A stretch of 64,000 nucleotides of DNA, taken from an uncultured Mollicutes bacterium (GTDB lineage Bacteria > Bacillota_I > Bacilli_A > ML615J-28 > CAG-313). Shown here piece after piece: positions 49,521 through 59,684 of the stretch. Where the stretch lies: the NCBI GenBank assembly GCA_937875785.1, contig CALEGV010000048.1:10593-74592 (forward strand). Reading direction: 5' to 3'. The notes below the pieces were generated by a model. The model was not told the origin of the DNA. It did no database searches and saw nothing but the letters and a program-made list of their open reading frames with translations. A program made the position numbers and the translations under genes. The number at the start of each line of letters is the position of its first letter. Position 1 is the stretch's first letter.

Positions 49521-50678
49521 ATGGCTAGTAGATTCATTTTAAATGAAACATCTTATTTTGGATGTGGATCACGTGAGGTACTTGCACAAGAAGTATTGGG
49601 ACGTGGGATCAATCGTGTGTTTGTTATTACAGATAAAGATTTAGTTAAATTTGGAGTATGCGAAAAAGTACTTAAAGTATTAAATGATGCAAATATTGCC
49701 TATGAATTAACTGATGATGTAAAAGCAAATCCAACTATCAAAAATGTTCTAGATGCACTTCAACTATTTAAGGCATCTCAAGCAGAACTAATAGTTGCTA
49801 TTGGTGGTGGTAGTGTAATGGACACTGCCAAAGCGGTAGGTATTATCAGTACTAATCCAGAGTTTGGTGATGTAAGAAGTCTTGAAGGTGTTGCACCTAC
49901 TAAAAATAAAAGTGTTCCTATTATCGCACTTCCAACAACAGCTGGAACAGCTGCTGAAGTTACCATCAATTATGTAATTACTGATGAAGAAAATGGTAAG
50001 AAAATGGTTTGCGTTGATCCTCATGATATTCCTGTAGTTGCGATTGTTGATGCTGAATTGATGGCATCAATGCCAAAAGGTCTTACTGCCGCAACAGGTA
50101 TGGATGCATTAACACATGCAATTGAAGGATATATCACACCAGGAGCATGGGAAATGAGTGATATGGTGGAATTAAAGGCAATAGAATTAATTGGGAAAAA
50201 TCTAAGAAATGCCGTAAAAGATGGCAATGATATGAAAGCGAGAGAGAATATGGCACTTGCTCAATATATTGCGGGAATGGGATTTAGCAATGTTGGCCTT
50301 GGAATTGTTCATTCAATGGCACATCCTCTTGGTGCCAGATTTGATACTCCTCACGGAGTTGCCAATGCAATCATTTTGCCAACGGTGATGAAATACAATA
50401 TGGAAAGTGCATCTCTTCCAAAATATCGAAAAATTGCAGAAGCTTTAGGAGGAAATACGGTTGGATTAACTGACATTGAAGCTGGACATCTTGCTTGTGA
50501 ACTTGTTCAAAAATTGAGCAAGGATGTAGGTATTCCATCCACGATTACTGCTGTTGGTATCCCTGAAAGTGCAATTGATCAATTATCAGTTGATGCTTTC
50601 AATGATGTATGCACAGGTGGGAATCCTCGACCTACAAGCATTGCAGATATCAAAGAACTTTATAAATCTTTGCTATAA
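49521..50678 (+). CDS. Iron-containing alcohol dehydrogenase (FucO/lactaldehyde reductase-like)
   Basis: GGGSVMDTAKAV and the His-rich metal site (HAIEGY, HSMAHPLG). ATG 49521 follows AAAGGAGG. Confidence 0.85.
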   Translation: MASRFILNETSYFGCGSREVLAQEVLGRGINRVFVITDKDLVKFGVCEKVLKVLNDANIAYELTDDVKANPTIKNVLDALQLFKASQAELIVAIGGGSVMDTAKAVGIISTNPEFGDVRSLEGVAPTKNKSVPIIALPTTAGTAAEVTINYVITDEENGKKMVCVDPHDIPVVAIVDAELMASMPKGLTAATGMDALTHAIEGYITPGAWEMSDMVELKAIELIGKNLRNAVKDGNDMKARENMALAQYIAGMGFSNVGLGIVHSMAHPLGARFDTPHGVANAIILPTVMKYNMESASLPKYRKIAEALGGNTVGLTDIEAGHLACELVQKLSKDVGIPSTITAVGIPESAIDQLSVDAFNDVCTGGNPRPTSIADIKELYKSLL

Positions 50679-50840
50679 TACGATGGATGTGTAATGATAT
50701 CAAGTACAAAAATCAAATAGAAACGTCAATATGGCGTTTCTTTTTTCATAAAAAGAAACAAAATGTTTGAGTAATCGACAAAGAATAAAATTTGTGATAT
50801 AATAGTTATAAGAAATAAACGATAGGGATGGGAGGATTTT

Positions 50841-52247
50841 ATGAGTAAAAGTATTAAAGTTATCGTAAAGGATAAATCAACAATTGTGTTATGCGAAGAT
50901 GCTTTAAAGGGGGATTATATAGACCTAAGGGAAATAAATGAACTTGATACTTCTGCGATTGAACAATTGATTGAAACTGGACGTGATCAAATTTATAACA
51001 AAAAATTTGCTGAATATCAAGCACAATTTAAAAAGGAAAAGGAAAGTGCTAGAGAGCTAGCGGAAGCAAATTGCCAAGCAGAGTTTACAAAACAAATTGC
51101 CGATATGAAGTTACAATATAATCAAAAAGTTGTTGATTTGGAAAAACAATTGCAAGAATTTGAAAACAAGTCAACTATGGATAAAGATATGGCAATCAAA
51201 GAAGAGGAAAAAAAATATAACGAGTTACATGAAGAATATATTAGACTTCAGGCGGAATTTAATGCCAAAGTGATACAAAAAGAACAGGAAGCAAAACAAC
51301 AGGTGCAAGAAGAATTGATGATTTTGAAAAATAAACTCGATAATGTGGAAAAAGAGTATACATTAAAAGTGGAAAGCGAAGTTCAAAAAGTTAAAAATGA
51401 AAAACTAGAAGAACTAACTAAGATAAATGAAAAATATCATCAGGAAATTCTTGAAAAAAATGATATAATCAATAGTTTGAAAAATCAAAAGGCTTCCTTA
51501 AATGTCAAACGAATCGGTGAAGACCTTGAATCATGGTGTAACAATGAAGTAAGTGAGCAAATGCAAAATGGATTTTTCAATTGTACTTGGAAAAAAGATA
51601 ATGTCATTATGAAAGATGATGAAGGAAAAAATGGTACGAAAGCGGATTATATTTTTCAAGTTTTCGCGACAGAAGAGCATAATGAAAATGAATTATTGAC
51701 ATCTATTTGTTTGGATATGAAAGATGAAAATCCTGATTCTATCAATAAACAAAGCAATGAGCATTATTACAAAACTTTGGATAAAAATAGGAACAAAAAA
51801 AATTGCAAATATGCCGTTTTAGTAAGTAATCTTGAAAGTGATAAGCCGAATGCTTTGCCTATCTTCAAAGTAAGAGAATACCCAGATATGTATGTTGTAA
51901 GACCAGGGTATTTAATGACCTTTTTACATATGATTACTTCACTTTCAGTTCGTTTTAAAGAATTAATATTAAAAAAAGAAGCGGAGAAACTTGAATTAAA
52001 AAGTCGCAATGAATTCATAATGGAATTTGAAAAGATTAAAGCAACTTATTTAGATAAACCATTAGAATCACTTGTTAGTCAAATTGAAAAAATTCAAAAA
52101 AATAACGAGGCAATTACAAAGGCTAGTGAAGCAATTCAAAATACATGTGGGGATATTATTACCAAATACATCAATGGTATCAAAGATAAAATTGATAGGT
52201 TTGATGCAAGATTAGGTCAAAATTTGAAAAAATTTGATATTGAATAA
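50841..52247 (+). CDS. DUF2130-like coiled-coil protein with putative PD-(D/E)xK core
   Basis: 468 aa with a long central heptad-rich region. C-terminal KRIGEDLESWC, KADYIFQVF...ICLDMKDE and KNCKYAVLVSNLE blocks match my recollection of DUF2130. Confidence 0.35.
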   Translation: MSKSIKVIVKDKSTIVLCEDALKGDYIDLREINELDTSAIEQLIETGRDQIYNKKFAEYQAQFKKEKESARELAEANCQAEFTKQIADMKLQYNQKVVDLEKQLQEFENKSTMDKDMAIKEEEKKYNELHEEYIRLQAEFNAKVIQKEQEAKQQVQEELMILKNKLDNVEKEYTLKVESEVQKVKNEKLEELTKINEKYHQEILEKNDIINSLKNQKASLNVKRIGEDLESWCNNEVSEQMQNGFFNCTWKKDNVIMKDDEGKNGTKADYIFQVFATEEHNENELLTSICLDMKDENPDSINKQSNEHYYKTLDKNRNKKNCKYAVLVSNLESDKPNALPIFKVREYPDMYVVRPGYLMTFLHMITSLSVRFKELILKKEAEKLELKSRNEFIMEFEKIKATYLDKPLESLVSQIEKIQKNNEAITKASEAIQNTCGDIITKYINGIKDKIDRFDARLGQNLKKFDIE

Positions 52248-52286
52248 ATATGCTCTTGAATGAAAGAGTGATAATAGGAGGAGAAG

Positions 52287-54635
52287 ATGTCAATACTAGA
52301 AAAGGTCAAAGATAATTCAATTATGATTTGTCCATATGCAATGCAAGAGAAAATGATGAAAGAATTCGTAACATCATATGCCAATTTACATATTAAATGG
52401 CTTGATAAAACTGAATTAATCAATGGGACTTATTTCACGTATGATGCATCAACTTTGCTCTATTTAAAAAATAAATATCAGTATTCATTTGCAATTAGTG
52501 AAGAAATCCTTGACAATCTTAAGGGAATAAAGTTGAAAGAAACATCAGATTATCCTAAATTAGAAAAAATAAAAAATATTTATCAGGATTTAATAGAAAA
52601 TAAAAAGTTATCACATCATAGTTACTTCCAATATTTATTTGCTAATAAAGAAGTATATGTCTACGGATATTCTCGTTTTGATTTAGAGATACAAGCGGCA
52701 TTACATAGTTTACATGTTCCATTTCAATATTTAGAAGATGATGAGAAAAAATTCTCTCATCAAGTAACTGTATTTTCAACTATAGAAGAAGAAGTTACAT
52801 CCTTGTTTATTGAAATCGGGAACTTGATAAAAAATGGTGTATCATTGAACAACATTTACTTATTTGATTATCCAAGTGAATATGAATTATTAATAGAAAA
52901 ATATGCAAATTATCATCATCTTATCATTGAAAGTAGGGAGGATGCATATTTATACGATTCCCCCATTTATAAAACATATATAACGTATTTATCTAATTAT
53001 TCTTTTGAAGATGCTTTTTCCCTCTTAAATCAAAATGTAAAATATGATCATTTTCATTCTATTGAGAAGTTAATTGATGTATTAACTCTCATTCTTCCTC
53101 TTCAGACAAGTAAAATAGAGAAAATAGAACTTTTAAATTATCTAGCGAAAAAGAAAATCCTTGCAAAGCCTTTATATGAACAACAAATCAGGCTTTGCAA
53201 TTGTCATTCCATCATTCAAGATGATGAATATGTATTTATGATTGGTTTTTCTTTAGGAAATTATCCTAAAATGATTCATGATACAGCATTTTATTCAGAT
53301 GAGGAGAAAACTGAACTTGGACTTAATACTTCTAATACACTTTCTATTATAAATGAAGAAGAATTAACAACATTCATTCATCACACGAAAAATCTAAATA
53401 TTACATATAAAAAGAAGAATGGAAAACTTGAATATTATCCATCATTACTGATTGAAAAATTGAAAATGAAGGTTGATTCAGGAACTATTCCTAATATCCG
53501 GTATTCTAGTAAAGTTGCAAAATTAGATGTAGGAAAGGCCAAAGATTTATTAGAAAATTATAATATTGATACACCAATCATTCAAACTTATACAAATGAA
53601 GAGTTGGAATACAAAGCGTATCATCACCAGTTCAAAGGGTTAATTGAATATTATAATGATGATGTTTTGAGATTATCCTATTCATTGATTAATGAGTATA
53701 ACAAATGTCCATTTTCCTATTATGTAAAAGAGGTTTTAAAAATTGGTGAATTTGATGAAAATTTTGGAATAAAACTTGGAAAATTATATCACAAAATATT
53801 AGAAGACTCGGCTCAAAAAGAAGTGAAATTAGAGGAATATCAATCCATCATAAATAGCTCCTTTTTATCAGCAAAAGAAAAGTTTTTTGTATCGCATTTA
53901 TTGCCACAAGTATTCGATGTTATCCAAAAAAACAATGAATTCTTAAAAGAAACCAAATATCAGAATGTGGAAACAGAAAAAAAATTAACAGTTCAAATTG
54001 ATGAAAACACCATTTTGAATGGTATAATTGATAAAATCATGATGGATGATACATTTAAAAACCTCATTATTATAGATTATAAGACCAATGATTTTAAATT
54101 TAAAAAGCAAAAAACGAATTATGGAATTGACATGCAATTGCCAGTTTATGCTTATTTATTAGATGTAAATTATCCACAATTTGGCAAAACTGGGATATAT
54201 ATTCAAAATGTATGTTTAAATAGTAAGGAATTATTAGATGAGAATCGTTATAAATTAGCGGGATTGACAGTTCGATCAATGGAAGAGATCAAACGATTGG
54301 AACCCTCTCTTGGAACCCTTTTTGATAATGAAGGAAAATTGATTCAAAAATCAAATTTTATTCGCAATTGTAGTTTAAAAGCTGGTGGGAAAGAACTTGC
54401 TATTCGTGGATTTATTGAAAAAGAAGAAATGAATGAATTAACCAAAATAGCCAAAAAACAAATACTTCTTGCTAATGACAATATTCGAAATGGAGTTTTT
54501 CCTATTTCTCCTGCCAAATTCAAAGGAGAGCTCTCATATGCGTGTTCATATTGTAAATTGAAAGATATATGTTTTGTGAAAGAGGGAGATATTCGTTATA
54601 TTGATATAATGGAGGAATCGACAAATGAAATTTAG
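52287..54635 (+). CDS. addB: AddB/RexB-like nuclease subunit (short form without N-terminal ATPase-like domain)
   Basis: C-terminal RecB-type nuclease motif GIIDKIMMDD...IIIDYKTNDF. Fe-S Cys ligands (NKCPFSYY ... YACSYCKLKDIC). Overlaps addA by 11 nt. Confidence 0.65.
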   Translation: MSILEKVKDNSIMICPYAMQEKMMKEFVTSYANLHIKWLDKTELINGTYFTYDASTLLYLKNKYQYSFAISEEILDNLKGIKLKETSDYPKLEKIKNIYQDLIENKKLSHHSYFQYLFANKEVYVYGYSRFDLEIQAALHSLHVPFQYLEDDEKKFSHQVTVFSTIEEEVTSLFIEIGNLIKNGVSLNNIYLFDYPSEYELLIEKYANYHHLIIESREDAYLYDSPIYKTYITYLSNYSFEDAFSLLNQNVKYDHFHSIEKLIDVLTLILPLQTSKIEKIELLNYLAKKKILAKPLYEQQIRLCNCHSIIQDDEYVFMIGFSLGNYPKMIHDTAFYSDEEKTELGLNTSNTLSIINEEELTTFIHHTKNLNITYKKKNGKLEYYPSLLIEKLKMKVDSGTIPNIRYSSKVAKLDVGKAKDLLENYNIDTPIIQTYTNEELEYKAYHHQFKGLIEYYNDDVLRLSYSLINEYNKCPFSYYVKEVLKIGEFDENFGIKLGKLYHKILEDSAQKEVKLEEYQSIINSSFLSAKEKFFVSHLLPQVFDVIQKNNEFLKETKYQNVETEKKLTVQIDENTILNGIIDKIMMDDTFKNLIIIDYKTNDFKFKKQKTNYGIDMQLPVYAYLLDVNYPQFGKTGIYIQNVCLNSKELLDENRYKLAGLTVRSMEEIKRLEPSLGTLFDNEGKLIQKSNFIRNCSLKAGGKELAIRGFIEKEEMNELTKIAKKQILLANDNIRNGVFPISPAKFKGELSYACSYCKLKDICFVKEGDIRYIDIMEESTNEI

Positions 54636-57600
54636 TGATTTTACTAAGGAACAGCAACTTGCCATTACCACTAAAGGTACAAATGTTATTGTTTCTGCAG
54701 GGGCAGGATCAGGAAAGACTGCCGTCTTAACTCAAAGAGTTTTATATTTTATTCAAAATGAAGGATATAAAATAAATGAGTTTCTAATCCTTACCTTTAC
54801 TAAACTAGCAGCTGGAGAGATGAAAGAAAGAATTCGTAAAGCCCTGAGTGAGGCAAAATTGGATGATGCTAACGCAGTAGATCATGCGAGTATTACAACT
54901 TTTGATGCCTATGCGCTTTCCCTTGTCAAAAAGTATCATTTCTTGTTGAATGTTTCCTCAGATATCAAAATTATTGATACGAACATTATATCTGTACGTA
55001 AAAGAACTCTTATTAAGGAAATTTTTAATGAACTTTATGAGCAAGAAAATCCCTCTTTTTTAGATATGATAAGAAAATATGCATTTAAAGATGATATAGA
55101 AATACGGGATTTAGTTTTGAAATTGAGCGATAAAGCAAATCTTGAAATTGATTCTGAGAATTATCTCAATCATTATATAGATAAATATTATCAAGATGAA
55201 GTAATTTTAGACTACGTAAATGTCTATATCGATCGGTTGAAAGAAATGAGTAGTGAATTAGAAGAAAAACTCACAGAATTGCCCACAATTTTGATAAACA
55301 AGAAAGATAAGGTAACGTATCAACAGGCCGTTTTGAGTTATCTCAATGGGTTATTTTCTGCAACTACATATGATGAATATATTGCAAGCATTCCTAAAGA
55401 ATCTTTTCCGCGAATCCCAATTGGGCTTGAACAATCAGAAAAAGATGTTATCCATGCATATAAAGAAAAGTACAAAGAATTAAGGGAATGGATTGACAAA
55501 CTTCCACGTTCTAAAGATGAGTTTTTCCATAATTTTAAGGAAGAAATTCCCTATGTTAAAGTTCTTATTGATATTGTCAAAGAATTACATGTCCGAATTA
55601 GCCAATACAAGAGTCAATATGATGTGTATGAATTTCAAGACATTGCAAAAATGGCTCTATCCATTGTCAAAGAACATCATAGGATTAAAGAGGAAATTCA
55701 GCACAAATTAAAGATGATTATGATTGATGAATATCAAGATACCTCTATTCTTCAAGAAGAGTTTATCAATACGATATCAAATCAGAATGTCTATATGGTT
55801 GGTGATATAAAACAATCAATTTATCGTTTCCGAAATGCCAAAAGTGATATTTTTGCAAAGAAATATGAAGACTATACCCAAAATAAGGGAGGAATAGCAA
55901 TCAATTTAAATAAAAATTTCCGTTCAAGAAAAGAAGTATTAGAAGATATTAATTATCTATTTACACACGTAATGACCAAAGATTTGGGTAAAGCCGATTA
56001 TGCATACAAACACAGAATTGAGTATGGAAATACAAATTATGTAAAGGCAGGACCCGTTAAGGAAACGAGACATTCCTCCTTTATTTTATATCCTCCTCAA
56101 AAAAGTAGTATGAATGTCCCAGTGATTGAGGCTAATCTTATTGCCAATGACATAGTAGATAAAATGAATAATCAGTTTCAGGTGTATGAATTTGATAAAG
56201 TATCCAAAAAACCAGTGCTCAGAAATTGTCGCTTTTCTGATTTCTGTATTTTAATGGATAGAGGAAGTGCCTTTGATATTTACGCTAAAGTTTTTAGCGA
56301 ATATAAAATCCCCTTATTCATTGAAAATGATGAGAATATTCGTGAAAATGATGTTGTATTTATCCTTACGAATCTTTTAAGATTAATCAAAGCCATCCAA
56401 AATACGGATTATCAAAATACTGACTTTAGAAAGGCGTTTATATCCGTTACCAGATCTTTTCTTTATCAGTATAGCGATCAAACATTATATGAAATATGTA
56501 AAAATTATGCTTATTTTGATGACCCATTTTTTATAAAATTAAAAGAATTAGTTATCAATAATGGAGATTTACCTATTGCATCTTTATTTACTAAAATTAT
56601 TTTTGAACTTGATATTTATCAAAAATGTATAAGAATTGGCAATATTGAAAGAAATGAAAAATACTTAGATACATTTATATCGATGTTTAAAGAAATGAGC
56701 AAGTTAGATTATACGATTGATGATTTCATTATGTATATGGAATACATTCATGAATATGAATTGAAAATTACATTGTCTAGTAATGGAACAAATCTCGATA
56801 GTGTAAGAATTATGAATATCCATAAATCAAAGGGATTGGAGTTTCCTATTGTTTATTTTTCTGGTTTAAAGAAAAATTTTAACCAAACGGAATCAAAGGA
56901 GAGTTTTGGTGTATCTTCTCAATTTGGTTTAATTTTACCACCCAATCACCCTAATCAGATTTGTATACCTAAAGATCTAAATACATACTATGAACATAGG
57001 GAAGATATTTCTGAAAAAATCCGTTTGCTTTATGTGTCTTTAACAAGAACCAAAGAAAAGATGATATTTATATTAGAAGAACCCTTTTTTTCTGGTTTGA
57101 AATTTGCTAATGACTTGAAACTTTCTAAAACATATTATCATCAAAGGCTAAAAAATCAATCGAGTCAAGAAGCACTAAAAATCATTTTTGATGATTATGT
57201 AAAAGGTAACATGAATAAGCAAGTATTTGAAAATCTAATTTGTTTCACTCACACTTTCATTCCAGAAAGTTTTAAACATAGGAAAAGGGAGGAAGTACAA
57301 ACATGGAATTTTCAAAACTTACAAGAATCAATTACAAACTATTATTCATATGTTATTCCATTCTCTGAACAACTCATAACGAACTATCATGATCACTTGA
57401 TTTGTGCAAAAAAAGCGATTGAATCCTATCTAAACCATGAAGTATCACTTGGAAATCTAACGGATATTCTATATTATTTTGGATATACATTGAATCAGGA
57501 GTTTTATTCATTTGCCCATCAAGACAAATTCAGCAATTATCAGGATAAAATGATTGACAAGATTGTTCCAAAAGAAATTTCATTTCAAATGAATCCTCCT

Positions 57601-58890
57601 TTGTATACACAATTATGTAATGCGAAAAACAAATTGGAGGAAAAAAGAATATCCGAAAGGACATATCTTCAATTTAAAGAATATATAGATAGCGCTCTAG
57701 AGAAAAAAGTACAACTTGAGGATACTCAATTGGAAAAATACATTTTTAAAGAAGTATTATTGAAAATAAAGAAAGAATATGAATGTCAAAACATAACCGT
57801 CAATGAATTGAATTGTTATTTAGAGTTACTATTTATACGTATGCCATACATCACTTTGATAGAAAATCGTTTGAGTTTAGATTCAACATTGACTAAACAC
57901 GATATTGAAACCGCATTTTATTATTTGGGATTTGAACCAACATCTCTTACTCAGGAATTTTTAAATCATTATTATAAGGGGAAAATGAGTAAATTAGAAT
58001 TAGAAAAATTAAAGGAAATTTCCTTTTTCCAGAAATTTAAAATCAATGTCTCCTTTTTTGAAAATTTTATTGATGAAGAAAATTTTGAAGGAGAGAGCAT
58101 CTTAAAAAAAATTTATGACGATTATTTAAATCAAAAACTAACAAAAAGCGAATTTGAAAATATAATTGATGTATTTGGATTTCAGTTGCAAATTGATTTT
58201 AAAATGCAAAATGAGTTGGAAAGAAGTCAAATTGATGTAGAAAAAATGGATGAAATTGTTGTTGAAAGAGGAAAAACCCTTGAAAATCGTGAAAAACTGA
58301 CCAATTTCTATCAATTCATTTATCCATTTTATAGATATCGAAAATTTGAAACAATTATTGGTGATTTGGAAATAAAACGGTCTTTAAGACAAGAGATACA
58401 ATCCATCATTTACCACAATTTAGAAGTTGAAGAATTACCTTTAGGTATACAAGAAATCCATCATTTTAGGCCGAGTAAAGAATTAAAAATAGGTGTTGCA
58501 AAACAAAATATGGAATTTGGTACCCATATACATTATATTATGGAAATAATGGATTTCAAAAAACCAGATTATTCCATTATAGACCCGTTTTACCAAGCGA
58601 TAATAAAAAGGTTTCTTGGTTCACCACTTATGAAACAAATCAAAGAGGGAAATATATATAAGGAATATGTATATGTTGATGAGGAGGAAAGGGTTAGTGG
58701 AGTGATTGATTTGATGGTAATCTATGATAATCATATTGATATTATAGATTATAAAACTAAAAATATCCATGATACATCATACAATAAACAACTAGAAATG
58801 TATGCTTCATTTGTAAGAAAAAAGTTTGGCAAAAGAACAAATGCTTATCTTTATGCTTTGTTAACAGGTGAATGCCAAAAGGTTTTATAA
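54625..58890 (+). CDS. addA: ATP-dependent helicase/nuclease subunit AddA
   Basis: UvrD-like motifs AGAGSGKT, DEYQDTS, GDIKQSIYRFR, NFRSRKEVL, HKSKGLEFPIV and LYVSLTRTKEKM. C-terminal nuclease GVIDLMVIYD..IDIIDYKTKN. 1421 aa. Confidence 0.85.
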   Translation: MKFSDFTKEQQLAITTKGTNVIVSAGAGSGKTAVLTQRVLYFIQNEGYKINEFLILTFTKLAAGEMKERIRKALSEAKLDDANAVDHASITTFDAYALSLVKKYHFLLNVSSDIKIIDTNIISVRKRTLIKEIFNELYEQENPSFLDMIRKYAFKDDIEIRDLVLKLSDKANLEIDSENYLNHYIDKYYQDEVILDYVNVYIDRLKEMSSELEEKLTELPTILINKKDKVTYQQAVLSYLNGLFSATTYDEYIASIPKESFPRIPIGLEQSEKDVIHAYKEKYKELREWIDKLPRSKDEFFHNFKEEIPYVKVLIDIVKELHVRISQYKSQYDVYEFQDIAKMALSIVKEHHRIKEEIQHKLKMIMIDEYQDTSILQEEFINTISNQNVYMVGDIKQSIYRFRNAKSDIFAKKYEDYTQNKGGIAINLNKNFRSRKEVLEDINYLFTHVMTKDLGKADYAYKHRIEYGNTNYVKAGPVKETRHSSFILYPPQKSSMNVPVIEANLIANDIVDKMNNQFQVYEFDKVSKKPVLRNCRFSDFCILMDRGSAFDIYAKVFSEYKIPLFIENDENIRENDVVFILTNLLRLIKAIQNTDYQNTDFRKAFISVTRSFLYQYSDQTLYEICKNYAYFDDPFFIKLKELVINNGDLPIASLFTKIIFELDIYQKCIRIGNIERNEKYLDTFISMFKEMSKLDYTIDDFIMYMEYIHEYELKITLSSNGTNLDSVRIMNIHKSKGLEFPIVYFSGLKKNFNQTESKESFGVSSQFGLILPPNHPNQICIPKDLNTYYEHREDISEKIRLLYVSLTRTKEKMIFILEEPFFSGLKFANDLKLSKTYYHQRLKNQSSQEALKIIFDDYVKGNMNKQVFENLICFTHTFIPESFKHRKREEVQTWNFQNLQESITNYYSYVIPFSEQLITNYHDHLICAKKAIESYLNHEVSLGNLTDILYYFGYTLNQEFYSFAHQDKFSNYQDKMIDKIVPKEISFQMNPPLYTQLCNAKNKLEEKRISERTYLQFKEYIDSALEKKVQLEDTQLEKYIFKEVLLKIKKEYECQNITVNELNCYLELLFIRMPYITLIENRLSLDSTLTKHDIETAFYYLGFEPTSLTQEFLNHYYKGKMSKLELEKLKEISFFQKFKINVSFFENFIDEENFEGESILKKIYDDYLNQKLTKSEFENIIDVFGFQLQIDFKMQNELERSQIDVEKMDEIVVERGKTLENREKLTNFYQFIYPFYRYRKFETIIGDLEIKRSLRQEIQSIIYHNLEVEELPLGIQEIHHFRPSKELKIGVAKQNMEFGTHIHYIMEIMDFKKPDYSIIDPFYQAIIKRFLGSPLMKQIKEGNIYKEYVYVDEEERVSGVIDLMVIYDNHIDIIDYKTKNIHDTSYNKQLEMYASFVRKKFGKRTNAYLYALLTGECQKVL

Positions 58891-59135
58891 AAAAGTGCTA
58901 TCGTGCGAAAGCGCAATAGTGCTTTTTTATATAAGTAAATAACTCAATTCATAGGGATGGCTTAAAGGTTTCATATTCTCTTGCATTTGGTATGATAACG
59001 GCAATGTATAAAAATAAAAAGTACATATAGTTTGCAATATATTGAAAAAAATTATATAATATTACTGTTTTTTGTTGTTTAGAATTACTAAACAAAAAAA
59101 TTAAAATTCGTAAACTTAAAAAGGTGGTGATAGTA

Positions 59136-59669
59136 GTGAAAATTGGTAAGAAAATGAAAGAATTACGGACATTATGTGATTTGACGCAAGAAGAATTGGC
59201 CAATCGAACAGAACTTACGAAAGGGTATATCTCTCAACTTGAAAATGATTTAGTCGAACCATCTTTATCTACGCTTGAGGATATAGTAATTGCTTTAGGA
59301 ACAAATCTTAGTGATTTTTTTTCTACGGATAGCAGTGAACAAACTGTCTTTACTGAAAAGGATTATTTTGTGAAACACTACGGAAATCACGAAATCAAGT
59401 GGCTAGTACCAAATGCCCAAAAAAATGAAATGGAACCTATTTTAGTGACTCTTTATCCGAATAGTGAAACGGATAAGGATTATCCCCATGAAGGGCAGGA
59501 ATTTGGCTATGTTTTGGACGGAGAATTGATTCTTTCCATTGATGGAAAGAAACAACGTGTGAAACAAGGGGAAACTTTTTATTATAATTCTAATAAGAGC
59601 CATTTTCTAAAAAACACAAAAGAGAAAATATGTCGTGTCATTTGGGTTAGCAGCCCACCAAATTTTTAA
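59136..59669 (+). CDS. HTH-XRE plus cupin transcriptional regulator (PuuR-like)
   Basis: N-terminal LTQEELANRTELTKGYISQLEN HTH and a C-terminal cupin barrel. Directly upstream of potABCD. GTG 59136 follows AAGGTGGTG. Confidence 0.7.
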   Translation: MKIGKKMKELRTLCDLTQEELANRTELTKGYISQLENDLVEPSLSTLEDIVIALGTNLSDFFSTDSSEQTVFTEKDYFVKHYGNHEIKWLVPNAQKNEMEPILVTLYPNSETDKDYPHEGQEFGYVLDGELILSIDGKKQRVKQGETFYYNSNKSHFLKNTKEKICRVIWVSSPPNF

Positions 59670-59684
59670 TATTAGGAGTGAAGT

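Noticed and set aside
50841-52247. Reading the coiled-coil protein as an SMC/RecN-type ATPase.
   Set aside because: No Walker A or B motifs are present. The C-terminal blocks fit DUF2130/RmuC-like nuclease folds better.
52287-58890. Reading the nuclease + helicase-nuclease pair as a novel defence system.
   Set aside because: Every AddA signature motif, and AddB's Fe-S and nuclease motifs, are present in canonical addB-addA order. Only the associated DUF2130-like gene and the AddB truncation are unusual.
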